Source: a virus (lineage: Duplodnaviria > Caudoviricetes). From it: a stretch of 61,985 nt of DNA. Both the position numbers and the translations under genes were made by a program. The notes beneath the pieces were generated by a model, which did not search any database, had not been told where the DNA came from, and worked only from the letters and a program-made list of their open reading frames with translations. Position 1 is the stretch's first letter. Every line of letters begins with the position of its first letter. Location: positions 1 through 61,985 of IMG/VR virus record IMGVR_UViG_3300037483_001239. One strand, given 5' to 3'. Shown here one piece after another: positions 43,533 through 53,135 of the stretch.

Positions 43533-46198
43533 GTCTTCTCCGGTTCTCCGTGGTCGTCCCGTCTCGGCTCGCGGCTATCTCCCTGGAACCGGAATGGATG
43601 ACCATCCGCCGGGCTGCGGACAACTCCCGGGAAGGGTTCCGCCAGGCTGTGACCGGCGCCGCGGCCGTCTCCCGGAATGGTCTTGACCTCTTCACGTTCA
43701 ATGAGTTCGTTCGGGGGAGGAAGGTCGACGAGGCGTGTGCACTTGCCGGGGAGACTTTCCGGGATGCGCTTCGGGGCCCGGTGGAAGCCTCCCTCCGTGG
43801 GCTTCTCCAGCGGGTGACAGGAGGCTACTCCTCGCATGTCGGGCGTTACGGGATTCGCATCGGAGCGGGGAAGACGAAGCCGGTCAAGGCTCGGCTCGAC
43901 CTGACCAACCAAGCCGCTGCCGACTGGATCAAGGAGCATGGCGGGGAGTTGATCGAGGGGCTGTCCGCGCGAAGCCGGGCAGCGGTCCGTGCTGCTCTCC
44001 TCCGATCCTTCGAGAGGGGGATCCCCACAGACAAGACGGCTCGGGAGATCCGGAGAGTCATCTCCCTGACGGATGGTCAGGAGCTAGCCGTGGAGAGGCT
44101 CCGCCTCCGCCTTGAAGAGGATGCAGAGGACGAGGCTGCGATCGAGAGACAGCTCGACCGCTACGCGGACAAGCTTCTTGCGGACCGCGCCGAGAACATC
44201 GCCCGGACGGAGACGATCCAAGCTGCGAACGAAGGACAGAGAATCGTCTGGCTGGATGCTGCAGAGCAGGGGCTCCTCGATCCGGAGGAAGTCGAGCGAG
44301 TCTGGATCGTGACCCCGGACGACCGGCTGTGCCCGATCTGCGAGGGGCTCGAAGGGGCCACCGCCGATCTTGACGGGACGTTCCGGGATGCAGAAGCCGA
44401 CGGAGAGGAGCTCAGCGGACCTCCTGCTCACAACCAGTGCCGATGTGCACAGGGTCTCCAACCGCGAGGACAGGCGAGGGCGGCAGCCGCTACGTCGTCC
44501 CGACTCCGTCCTCTGAACGAAGCCTGCTCCGGGTTCCACACGGAGTTCCTCCGGATGTTGGGAGGACCTGGGAGTGGGAATTTCGGGCATGGTGGACGAC
44601 CCGGAGAGGTCGGAGGGTCTGGAGAAGGGAGCGGTGACGTTCCTGAGCGGATCATCTCCGCTGTCCAGAAGCAGATTACGTGGGAGGGAAATCGCGTCGT
44701 CGTCGCTCGGGGAGGGACGATTCCTGAAGCTGGTTCGATCTTCTTCTCGACGGATGCAGGACTCGCGGCCGACTACGCACAGGGAGGTCGGACCTACGCG
44801 ACGTATGTCATCCAGAAGTCCGCGATCATCGAGGAGGGGACAAAGGAATGGGAGAGTATATTCCCGAAGCTCCAGTCCGAAAGCGCGGACTTCTTCACGT
44901 CGCCTCCTCCACAAGTTGAGGAGTTCCTCTCCACGCATCCGTGGGTCGCTGGGATCGCATCTGCTGGCGGTCAGTACATCCACGTGAAGAACCCGGAAGC
45001 GGCGAAGATCAAGTTGAAGAAGGAGTGGGTCGCGCGGGATGCGGGAGGGGTCGGTTCCGGGAACTTTGGACACGCTGGGATCCCAGGACAGGTCGGAGGG
45101 TCTGCCCCAGGAGAAGGAGGCGTCGCCAAGGGCCCCGCGACTCGCGCGAAGGACCGGCGGAAGGAATACAACGCGATCCACAAGAAGACGCAGGCCGAGT
45201 ACCGGAAGCAGAGGAACGAGAGACTTCGTCGGGAGAAGCTGGGGTTGGGCCCGGAGAAGCTGGAGCCCGTACAGCCTGCACCTGCACCTGCCCTGCCCGA
45301 CGCCAGCCCTGGAGGCCCCGCACCTCCGAGCGACGACGTCTCAGACGAGTACGTCTCTTCCCCTGAGCACAAGGCGAAGGAGGATGCCCTCTCCACGCCT
45401 CTGGTCAAAGACCAGAAGATTCTCGGCGGTGGAATCACCGAGTCGTACGTCGTCACCCTGGACAACGGACAGAAGGCGGTCTTCAAGCCGGAGACCCGAC
45501 CTCTTTCTCCTGAGGAGGCTCCGGCCGGGCATTTCAAGCTTCCAGAGGGAGAGACCGGGAAGATCCGTCCGGAGGAACTCCTCCGGAGGGGGATCACCGG
45601 AAAGGTCTCCGAGCGGGAAGCCGCTGCCTGGGAAGTCGCGAAGCTCGGAGGGGCTGACGACCTTGTCGCGCCGACGGTCGTCCGGGAAATCAACGGGAAG
45701 AAGGGTTCGCTCCAAGCGTTCGTTCCCAACGCGAAGACTGCATACGCCGTCGTCGCGAAGGGAGGGGCGGAGGGGTTCGCTCGGTCCTATGGGGTGACCC
45801 CCGGACAGGAGGACCGAGCCACAGACGATCTTCAACGCGCTGCGATGTTCGACTACATCATCGGGAATCAGGATCGGCATCAAGGGAACTGGATGGTCTC
45901 CGACGACGACGGTCGAATCAAGTTGATCGACCACGGGCTGTCCTTCGGAGAGACCCGAGCAGAGCATCCGACCTTCAACCAGAAGCTCCTCTACAACGTG
46001 ACTAACCCTGTCCAGAGGGGGATGGAGTTTGCTTCTCCTCGAGAGGTCGCCCGGAAGTACGTCGCGAATCGCGGGGCGATCAAGTCGACGTTAACGAAGC
46101 TGGGGCTTCCGCAGAAGTCTGTCGACCGGACCATGCGGAGAATCCTGAAGGCGTCGCAGGCGGGGAGCTGGAAAGACCTTTACGGGGACGGGTTCTAA
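43529..46198 (+). CDS. MuF/SPP1 gp7 head morphogenesis protein fused to ART-like and PI3K/PI4K/HipA-like kinase domains
   Basis: RAENIARTE..CPIC..PPAHNQCRC; RGG..FFSTD..ADYA; AVFKPE, SEREAAA, DYIIGNQDRHQGN, LIDHGLSF. Confidence 0.85.
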   Translation: MSLLRFSVVVPSRLAAISLEPEWMTIRRAADNSREGFRQAVTGAAAVSRNGLDLFTFNEFVRGRKVDEACALAGETFRDALRGPVEASLRGLLQRVTGGYSSHVGRYGIRIGAGKTKPVKARLDLTNQAAADWIKEHGGELIEGLSARSRAAVRAALLRSFERGIPTDKTAREIRRVISLTDGQELAVERLRLRLEEDAEDEAAIERQLDRYADKLLADRAENIARTETIQAANEGQRIVWLDAAEQGLLDPEEVERVWIVTPDDRLCPICEGLEGATADLDGTFRDAEADGEELSGPPAHNQCRCAQGLQPRGQARAAAATSSRLRPLNEACSGFHTEFLRMLGGPGSGNFGHGGRPGEVGGSGEGSGDVPERIISAVQKQITWEGNRVVVARGGTIPEAGSIFFSTDAGLAADYAQGGRTYATYVIQKSAIIEEGTKEWESIFPKLQSESADFFTSPPPQVEEFLSTHPWVAGIASAGGQYIHVKNPEAAKIKLKKEWVARDAGGVGSGNFGHAGIPGQVGGSAPGEGGVAKGPATRAKDRRKEYNAIHKKTQAEYRKQRNERLRREKLGLGPEKLEPVQPAPAPALPDASPGGPAPPSDDVSDEYVSSPEHKAKEDALSTPLVKDQKILGGGITESYVVTLDNGQKAVFKPETRPLSPEEAPAGHFKLPEGETGKIRPEELLRRGITGKVSEREAAAWEVAKLGGADDLVAPTVVREINGKKGSLQAFVPNAKTAYAVVAKGGAEGFARSYGVTPGQEDRATDDLQRAAMFDYIIGNQDRHQGNWMVSDDDGRIKLIDHGLSFGETRAEHPTFNQKLLYNVTNPVQRGMEFASPREVARKYVANRGAIKSTLTKLGLPQKSVDRTMRRILKASQAGSWKDLYGDGF

Positions 46199-46200
46199 AA

Positions 46201-46467
46201 ATGGCGCTGAAGACTCGAATCTGGCGGACGACGGCAAGCGGGGGGCAGGACCTCGCTGGGATCTTCTCCCTGTCCGAGGAGGGGGTGATCGAGATCGAGG
46301 GGGTGGAACCCGCGGTCCTCGAAATGATCCTTCTCGACGACATGCTGACGGAGGGAGGCGAGGTTGTCCTGTCGATCGATGACCCCGAGAAGTGGATGAG
46401 GGCTCTGCCCCGGAACCTGACAGGGTCGTATCTCAAGGCAGAGGCGGTTAGTGGGGAGGCGTCGTGA
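46201..46467 (+). CDS. Small acidic protein, candidate immunity protein
   Basis: Starts 2 nt after the MuF-toxin stop. Confidence 0.55.
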   Translation: MALKTRIWRTTASGGQDLAGIFSLSEEGVIEIEGVEPAVLEMILLDDMLTEGGEVVLSIDDPEKWMRALPRNLTGSYLKAEAVSGEAS

Positions 46468-46579
46468 CCAAGCCGCAGGTCATCAACGCGGTGCGGGGCG
46501 GGCCATGCAAGCGCATCACGTATCGAGTCTGACGCGTGTGCCAAGGAACTGTTGACGCGTTGAAAATGAGGAGGCGACG

Positions 46580-46756
46580 ATGAATCCACATCTGAAGGTG
46601 ACGTGCTCGCAGGACGGAGCTACGGTGATCTACGCGCCGGTGAAGGCCGTCGAGATCGTGGCGGTGGACGGGGAGTTCCGTGTGGACTTCGTCTTCGCGG
46701 GGGCCAACATGCGTTTTCCCGCGGCCGACGTCCGTGCTATCGAGTTCGTTCGATAG
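46580..46756 (+). CDS. Small hypothetical protein
   Basis: GAGGAGG RBS; MNPHLKVTC... Confidence 0.55.
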   Translation: MNPHLKVTCSQDGATVIYAPVKAVEIVAVDGEFRVDFVFAGANMRFPAADVRAIEFVR

Positions 46757-46759
46757 GAG

Positions 46760-47521
46760 ATGACGATGCGAAGGCTACTGATCGCAGTGCTGGCGCTGCT
46801 GGCGCTGATGTGGGCGGGGACGTCGCAGGCGCAGGGACTTGGCTGCACCAGTTGCGGGATCTCGTACACGGGGGTGAGTGGCCTCCCGCTCACGGGCGGG
46901 ACGCTGACGGGGCCGCTGCTGCTGCCGGACGGGAGCGCCGCAGCTCCATCCTTGGCGCGCGCCGCAAGCCCGAACACGGGGATCTACTTCGACGCGAATC
47001 CCGGACTACACATCTCCGGAGCTGGCAGCAATCGTGCGCTCTTCTACGGCGGTGGAATAGAGTTCTCCACGAACTCCTTCATCATCAAGACTGTATCTGG
47101 GACGCTTCCCCTGACCGTGGGAAGCTCGGGACTATTGGGTGGCGTTGCGAAGACACTCACCGACGCAGCGGCAGCCACTCCAGTGATTCGTGTCCCGATC
47201 GCCACGGCCGGCTTCCGGGCTGGGGAGGTGCTCTGGAACGCTCAGTCCACTGATGGGACTGACCACCGAACGACGGCGGGGGTCGTCCGATTCGCGGGCG
47301 TGAACAAGGCCGGCACCCCGACATGCACAGTCGGTGTTGTGGGCACCGACCTTACCGCGTCGAGCAACGCGAACACGCTTGTCTGCACGTGGACGAATGT
47401 GGTCAACACTACCAACTGCGATCTGAGTGTGACCTGTACCGACAACACGGCAGCCCCGCAGACCATGACCATCAACGTCCGGGCGAACATGACGACGACT
47501 GCGGCGATCACCTTCCCCTGA
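46760..47521 (+). CDS. Thr-rich beta protein with signal peptide; fibre-like LPLTGGTLTG motif
   Basis: MRRLLIAVLALLALMWAGTSQA; LPLTGGTLTG..DGSAAAPSL..NTGIY. Confidence 0.65.
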   Translation: MTMRRLLIAVLALLALMWAGTSQAQGLGCTSCGISYTGVSGLPLTGGTLTGPLLLPDGSAAAPSLARAASPNTGIYFDANPGLHISGAGSNRALFYGGGIEFSTNSFIIKTVSGTLPLTVGSSGLLGGVAKTLTDAAAATPVIRVPIATAGFRAGEVLWNAQSTDGTDHRTTAGVVRFAGVNKAGTPTCTVGVVGTDLTASSNANTLVCTWTNVVNTTNCDLSVTCTDNTAAPQTMTINVRANMTTTAAITFP

Positions 47522-48918
47522 TGGGCGACCAGTATGGCATCTCGAATCCGCGAGCCTTCGGCGCCGCAGGGGACGGCGTGAGGGACGATACCGCCGCGAT
47601 CCAGGCGGCGCTCGATGAGGGTGGGGATGTCTATCTTCAGCTGGGGCAGTACAAGAGCACGGCCACCATCACGGTCCCACCCGGCGTCAGGTTTCACGGT
47701 GCCGGCCTCGGCTCTGCCCTGCGTCCCGTGAACGTGGCAGGCCCTGCCCTCCTGCTCGATGACGACTACGGCCCCGGCGGAGCCAGCGTCGAGCACATCG
47801 GGATCGGAGGGACTGCGGACATCGCGCTTCAGGTCCGCAAGCACACGGGCTGCGCGGTGCGAGACGTGAGGCTCTTGTCGGGCCAGTTCACCGACGGCTT
47901 CGTGTTCGACCAAACCTACGGCTCCGAGTTCGCGCGCCTCTACAGCAACGGGCCGATCATCACGGGCAAGTGCTTCCACGCCGGGCAAGCCTTCAACGCC
48001 AACGCGTGTCGCCTCTGGTACTCCTCGAACTCAGGTGCGGAGTACAACATCTATATCGGCTCGATTGCCGAGATGCCGGCGGCCAACGTCTTCGACAACT
48101 TGGTGGCACAGGGCGGCATCACCGGTCTCTACGTGGGCCAGTCCTTCGCCAACACGATCAACGCCTACTACTGCGAGAACGTCATCCACCCCGCGGTCAT
48201 CGGCAAGTACAGCACCGAGCTCGCACGCTGCCTCGTGATGAACTCGCCCAACCTCGGGGGCGGCGCGGCAGCAGACCCAAGGCGCATGGTGGGCGTGGAC
48301 ATCGGGTACGCGGAATCGCTGGAGATCATCGCGCCGAGCTTCCAGTGCTCCAACGGCATCGGGCTCGCGGCGCCGATCACATTCGTAGGGGGCGGTGGAA
48401 CCGGGGCGAAGGCGGTCGGCATCGTGGGACCAGACGGCGCCGTGAAGGCGATCAACGTCATCGACGGCGGAGAGGGCTACACGTCGCCCCCAGCCGTGGC
48501 TATCGGCGGCGCCGGGGTCAACGCTGCTGCCCATACGGTGCTCAATGGCGGCAGGGTGGACTCGGCGGTGGTCGACGTTCCCGGCACCGGCTATGGCGTC
48601 GCCGCCCTTATCCCGATCCGCTACCACTGGAGCGTCGCCGGCAAGATCCGTTTCACGGCCTGCGACATGGCGTCGGTCGAGGTCGCCCCCGGGATCTTCA
48701 GCTCGGCGATCTGGCCGTGGATCGTGCGCACCCCGACGTCGCCTGGTACCCATGGCGTGAATGTCGAAAACGATAGCTCGATCTGGACAGGCCAAGGCGC
48801 GGTGGCCATCGCGCGAATGGAGAACACGCCGGCCGGGAATCATCAGCACTACATCTCTTGGCGCGGGGCGGACGGCGTGCCCACGGGGCGGCTCTATACG
48901 CCGCCGGTTTACCCGTAG
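47521..48918 (+). CDS. Pectate-lyase-like beta-helix protein (spike/depolymerase)
   Basis: FGAAGDGVRDDTAAIQAALD; GGGGTGAKA..GGEGYTSPP insert. Confidence 0.8.
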   Translation: MGDQYGISNPRAFGAAGDGVRDDTAAIQAALDEGGDVYLQLGQYKSTATITVPPGVRFHGAGLGSALRPVNVAGPALLLDDDYGPGGASVEHIGIGGTADIALQVRKHTGCAVRDVRLLSGQFTDGFVFDQTYGSEFARLYSNGPIITGKCFHAGQAFNANACRLWYSSNSGAEYNIYIGSIAEMPAANVFDNLVAQGGITGLYVGQSFANTINAYYCENVIHPAVIGKYSTELARCLVMNSPNLGGGAAADPRRMVGVDIGYAESLEIIAPSFQCSNGIGLAAPITFVGGGGTGAKAVGIVGPDGAVKAINVIDGGEGYTSPPAVAIGGAGVNAAAHTVLNGGRVDSAVVDVPGTGYGVAALIPIRYHWSVAGKIRFTACDMASVEVAPGIFSSAIWPWIVRTPTSPGTHGVNVENDSSIWTGQGAVAIARMENTPAGNHQHYISWRGADGVPTGRLYTPPVYP

Positions 48919-48967
48919 GGAGGCGACGATGGGTAGGAACTGGGGCCAAGGGCTCCGAGGAGGAACG

Positions 48968-49318
48968 ATGCGACGCATTCTGGTGGTACTGCTCGCCCTC
49001 GTGGCGGGGGTGGCTGCCTCCGATGATTGGGTCAACAACTCGATCACGGTCTCGGCCACCAGCCAAACGGTTACCCTTACGGAGTACCCGTCCACGGTCT
49101 GGATCAAGAACGTCGGTGCCACGAACGAGATCTTCGTGTGTCCGTGGAGAAACGACCAGACCGTCGCGGACTGCACCGCTTCGATCGGGCGGAGGTTGGA
49201 GCCCGGTGAGGCAAAGAGCTGGGGGTTGGGCGCTCGTCCCAATCAGTATTGGGTAGCCGTCTCTCTCATCGCGTCGGTGGGGGAATCCTCGACTGCCCGC
49301 GGAGATAGCCTTCCGTAA
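48968..49318 (+). CDS. Small protein with signal peptide
   Basis: MRRILVVLLALVAGVAAS; GAGGAGG RBS. Confidence 0.6.
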   Translation: MRRILVVLLALVAGVAASDDWVNNSITVSATSQTVTLTEYPSTVWIKNVGATNEIFVCPWRNDQTVADCTASIGRRLEPGEAKSWGLGARPNQYWVAVSLIASVGESSTARGDSLP

Positions 49319-49319
49319 C

Positions 49320-50921
49320 ATGCGCGTCTCGCTCGTCGGACAAGCCACGTCCGTCGGCTCGAACCTGAACAACGTGATCCACGTTGCTTCGGTGCTCAAG
49401 TACTGCGCGTTCCTCGGGATGTCGGTCGCCATGGACGTACTCGGGGATCCGATCGCGGAGTCTTGGATCGTTCCCTCCGGAGTTCCTCTGATCGAGGGAC
49501 CGGGGGACGTTGACGTGGCAGAGGTCGTGCTCCGAGCGTTCCGGTTCCCGGGGGACTTCCCCGTGCGGCCGGTCGATCCGTTTGTCGTAGACATGGTCTT
49601 TGAACACGACGACCGAAGTGGTGTCGCCGATCACACCCTTGCGTTCTACGATCTGACCCCGAGCACGGTCCCGGATCCGATCACAGAGACGGTCAACGTG
49701 GTGGCTCCCCTCCCTCGCGAGATGGTCAATCTTCTCCGGACGATCGTGCCTGGACGGGCCGTCGTCTTCCTCGGACAGGATCCCGGGAACCGAGGTCCGG
49801 GCATCGTGGCGTCAATCATCGGGACTCGTCCTCCTCGAGTCGTCGGAAAATCTCGAAGCGGTGAAGCCATCGACGCGAACATCACAGCGCATACAATCGC
49901 ACTCCCAGAAGGGGTCCAGGCCGGAGAGCTGCTCCTTGCGTTTGCCTCCTTCTCGGCTAACCCGACCGTGACCTGGCCAGCCGGATGGACTCAATTCTTC
50001 GGCGCGAACAATGGGAGCTCGGTGCGGTTGGAAGCCGCGTGGAGAACGGCGACGGGCTCGGAGAACGGTGACATCGTGATGGTCACGACGAGTGCAGGGT
50101 GTCGCTCCGCGCACGTCGCGTATCGCGTTTCTGGTTGGCTCGGAGCTCCCATCGCGGCAGCGGCGGCCACGGGCGGATCGACCACCCCGAACTCTCCGAA
50201 CCTCGCTCCGGGACCGGCTGCAGACCGTCTCTGGATCGCAGCGGAGGCCCATGATTGTTCTGGGGCCTATGGTTCTCCACTGACTGCGTTTCCGGTCAAC
50301 TACGTGAATGGGGTTTCCGCTCTTGCCTCGTCTTGTGGAGTTGCCGTTGCCGGGCGAGGCCTGACCGCCGCTGCGGAGGATCCTGGGGCGTTCGCGAAGT
50401 TGACGACGACCGGGTGGGTGGCAACGACGATTGCGATTGGAGCTGCTCCGAGTCCGTTCTCCGCGGTCCAAGCGCGGATCCCGGACTCCGTCGACTTCTG
50501 GAACGAGCTTCGCACAGCGGATGTCCTCCTCGCGTCTGCGGGGATCCCTCATCTCTCCGGGGTTGTTCTTGGCGTGCCGACGCTCCTTGCTACGAACAAT
50601 GCTGCGGAAGAAGCCCGGATCTCCGGCATCGTCCCTCTCAACGAGAGGGGTTGGGAGCATGTCGGTACGCTTCCAGCGTTGACCGATCTTCAGGTTGCGG
50701 ATGCAGTCCGTGCTCTTCTCTCGACCGACGCCGCGAATCGGGCGAAGCGCCTCGCCATGTCCGCGCAAGGATACCTTCGTAGTCAGTCTCAAGGAGTTCG
50801 CTGGATCGCGGAGTGGATCTACCGGCAACACGTCGGGACGATTGCCCGGGTCAACCCTCTGGTCAGTTCGCCGCAGTGGCCGAATGTCTCTGCGGCCCCT
50901 CAAACGGGGATTGGACAATGA
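49320..50921 (+). CDS. Multi-domain protein, possibly GT-like halves with an inserted virion beta-domain
   Basis: Central TWPAGWT..AAWRTA domain; C-terminal ADVLL..LGVPTL. Confidence 0.45.
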   Translation: MRVSLVGQATSVGSNLNNVIHVASVLKYCAFLGMSVAMDVLGDPIAESWIVPSGVPLIEGPGDVDVAEVVLRAFRFPGDFPVRPVDPFVVDMVFEHDDRSGVADHTLAFYDLTPSTVPDPITETVNVVAPLPREMVNLLRTIVPGRAVVFLGQDPGNRGPGIVASIIGTRPPRVVGKSRSGEAIDANITAHTIALPEGVQAGELLLAFASFSANPTVTWPAGWTQFFGANNGSSVRLEAAWRTATGSENGDIVMVTTSAGCRSAHVAYRVSGWLGAPIAAAAATGGSTTPNSPNLAPGPAADRLWIAAEAHDCSGAYGSPLTAFPVNYVNGVSALASSCGVAVAGRGLTAAAEDPGAFAKLTTTGWVATTIAIGAAPSPFSAVQARIPDSVDFWNELRTADVLLASAGIPHLSGVVLGVPTLLATNNAAEEARISGIVPLNERGWEHVGTLPALTDLQVADAVRALLSTDAANRAKRLAMSAQGYLRSQSQGVRWIAEWIYRQHVGTIARVNPLVSSPQWPNVSAAPQTGIGQ

Positions 50922-52588
50922 AGCTGAGAACGCTGGAAGCCCGGTACGCGGTTGTGTACGAGAAGGACGGGAAGTTCTGTCACAAGACCGCCGACGGCCG
51001 GGAGATGTGCCATGCCACGAAGGAGGAGGCAGAGGCAATGGTCGGGAAGAGGAACATGCGCCTGTTCAAGGCGATGAGGAGTGGCCGCTTCCGGACCGTC
51101 CAGTATCAGGGGCGAGAGCATCTCGTGGTCCCGGTCGTGGCTCTCGTTCAGGGGGTCATCCACGCGTCGAACGCGGAGACTCCGGAGCTCGTCCTCTCCG
51201 AGGAATTCGCGAGGCTCCCGAAGCAGTGGGATGGGCGTCCGGTCATGTTCAACCATCCGAAGGTGGATGGGGAGCAGGTCTCGGCGAATGACCCTCGCGT
51301 CCTCGAAGGAGGGCAGATCGGGACCGTCTTCGGTTCTCGGGTCGAGGACGACAAGCTGAAGATGGACGCGTACATCGACGTCGAGCGTGTGACCGCGATG
51401 GGAGGGGAGGCGCTGGAACTTCTGGAAGGCCTCCGCGCTGGCGAGATGACGGAGGTCTCGGTCGGAACCTTCGTCGCGACGGAACTGAAGAACGGGACGT
51501 ACAAGGACCATCCGTACGACACCATCTGGCGAGACATCAACTCCGACCACCTCGCGTTTCTTCCGAAGGGCGTGAAGGGAGCGTGTTCCATCGAGATGGG
51601 GTGCGGCGCCCCGAGGATGGCGGGAGGGCCGGGCTCCGGCGAGGAGCTGGACCGGCGCTTCGCAGGCGAGGTCTCCTACGACGACGTCCGAGCGAAGCTC
51701 CAGAAGCTGTTCGCGCCGGCGGACATGGCGGTGTCGGCGACGCCAATGACCTGGATCGAATCCGTCTTCGACGACCACTTCGTGTACGAGTCCGCGGGCA
51801 AGCTCTTCAGCAGGAACTACTCGATGACCGAAGCCGGCGAGATCGAGCTCTCCGGAGAAGAGCCCTCCGAGGTCGTCCGCAAGGTCGTCTACGAGGCAGC
51901 AGCCTCTGCAAACATCGTGACCTACGAAGTCTCGGCCGCTCCATGCGGGTGCGGCGGCCAGGCGGTGGTAAACGCATCCGCGGGAAAGGACGAAGACATG
52001 AAGACCAAGAAGGAGAAGGTCGCCGCGATCATCGCGAGCGGGAAGACCTGTTTCGTGGACGCGGACGCCGCGCTTCTCGAGCAGCTCCCCGACGCGCGGA
52101 TCACGGCCCTCGAGGCACACGTCGAGGAGGCGTCGAAGACCCCGGTCGTCGCGGCGGCCCCGCCCTTCGTGAAGAAGGACGAGGAGACGGAGGAGGAGAA
52201 GAAGAAGCGGCTCGAGGAAGAGGCCAAGGCGAAGAACGCCGCGGAGGCCACCCCGGAGGCCGTCGCCGCACGTCGTGAGACGTTCCTCAAGGAGAACCCG
52301 GACATCGGCGAGATCCTCTCGACGCATCGGGCCGCGCAGACGTCGCGTCGTGCGGAGCTCGTGACCAAGCTGGTCGCCGCACAGAAGGTGTACACCGAGA
52401 CCGAGCTCCAGGCGCTGGCGATCCCGGCGCTGGAGAAGCTCGCGGCTCTCACGATCAAGGAGAAGCCGACCTACGAGGGGCAGGTGCCCCGCGCGGCGGC
52501 GAACGGGGACGCGGACGACATGATCCCGCCTCCGCCCAGCATGAAGGCTCGCATCCTCGAGATGCGGGCGGCCGAGAAGGCGTCGTAG
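50918..52588 (+). CDS. Head maturation protease/scaffold (DUF2213-like)
   Basis: WDGRPVMFNHP, EVSVG, DHLAFL..GACS..GCG; coiled acidic C-terminus. Confidence 0.85.
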   Translation: MKLRTLEARYAVVYEKDGKFCHKTADGREMCHATKEEAEAMVGKRNMRLFKAMRSGRFRTVQYQGREHLVVPVVALVQGVIHASNAETPELVLSEEFARLPKQWDGRPVMFNHPKVDGEQVSANDPRVLEGGQIGTVFGSRVEDDKLKMDAYIDVERVTAMGGEALELLEGLRAGEMTEVSVGTFVATELKNGTYKDHPYDTIWRDINSDHLAFLPKGVKGACSIEMGCGAPRMAGGPGSGEELDRRFAGEVSYDDVRAKLQKLFAPADMAVSATPMTWIESVFDDHFVYESAGKLFSRNYSMTEAGEIELSGEEPSEVVRKVVYEAAASANIVTYEVSAAPCGCGGQAVVNASAGKDEDMKTKKEKVAAIIASGKTCFVDADAALLEQLPDARITALEAHVEEASKTPVVAAAPPFVKKDEETEEEKKKRLEEEAKAKNAAEATPEAVAARRETFLKENPDIGEILSTHRAAQTSRRAELVTKLVAAQKVYTETELQALAIPALEKLAALTIKEKPTYEGQVPRAAANGDADDMIPPPPSMKARILEMRAAEKAS

Positions 52589-52661
52589 ACGGTCGGGTCG
52601 CATTCACCCTTTCGGGGTTGCACCCGGAAGACTTTGAGAAGGGAAGAGGAGGAGAACCAAG

Positions 52662-53093
52662 ATGGCACGCAGAAAGATCGTGCTGAAGGGTGACCCGATC
52701 GTGAACGAGGACGACGTCGCTCTCGAAGCGATCACCCCGGGTCACCTGCTGATGATCGTTCCGACCGGCGTCCAGAAGAACACGGACGACGCCGCGAACG
52801 TCGCCGCCGCTTTCGCACTGGAGCGGGACGAGATGGGCAAGGACATCGACGTGGCGTACGCCATCGGCGATGTCGTGAAGGTCGCCACGTTCAAGCCGGG
52901 GGAGCACGTGTACGCGTTCCTCGCGTCCGGCGTGAACGTCGCCAAGGGCGACTACCTGACGGGGACCACCGACGGTCTCCTCACCAACGGCAGCGTCGCC
53001 GCGGGCATCCGTCTCGCTCGCGCGCTCGAAGCCGTCAACACCACGGCCCTGGCTCCGGTGGCCGGGACCCGCATCCGCGTCGAGATCGTCTAG
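52662..53093 (+). CDS. Capsid cement/decoration protein
   Basis: AITPGHL..ARALEA; just before the major capsid gene. Confidence 0.75.
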   Translation: MARRKIVLKGDPIVNEDDVALEAITPGHLLMIVPTGVQKNTDDAANVAAAFALERDEMGKDIDVAYAIGDVVKVATFKPGEHVYAFLASGVNVAKGDYLTGTTDGLLTNGSVAAGIRLARALEAVNTTALAPVAGTRIRVEIV

Positions 53094-53135
53094 GTCGGCC
53101 GGCAAGAAGCCAGGATCAGGAAGGAGAAAACGAAC

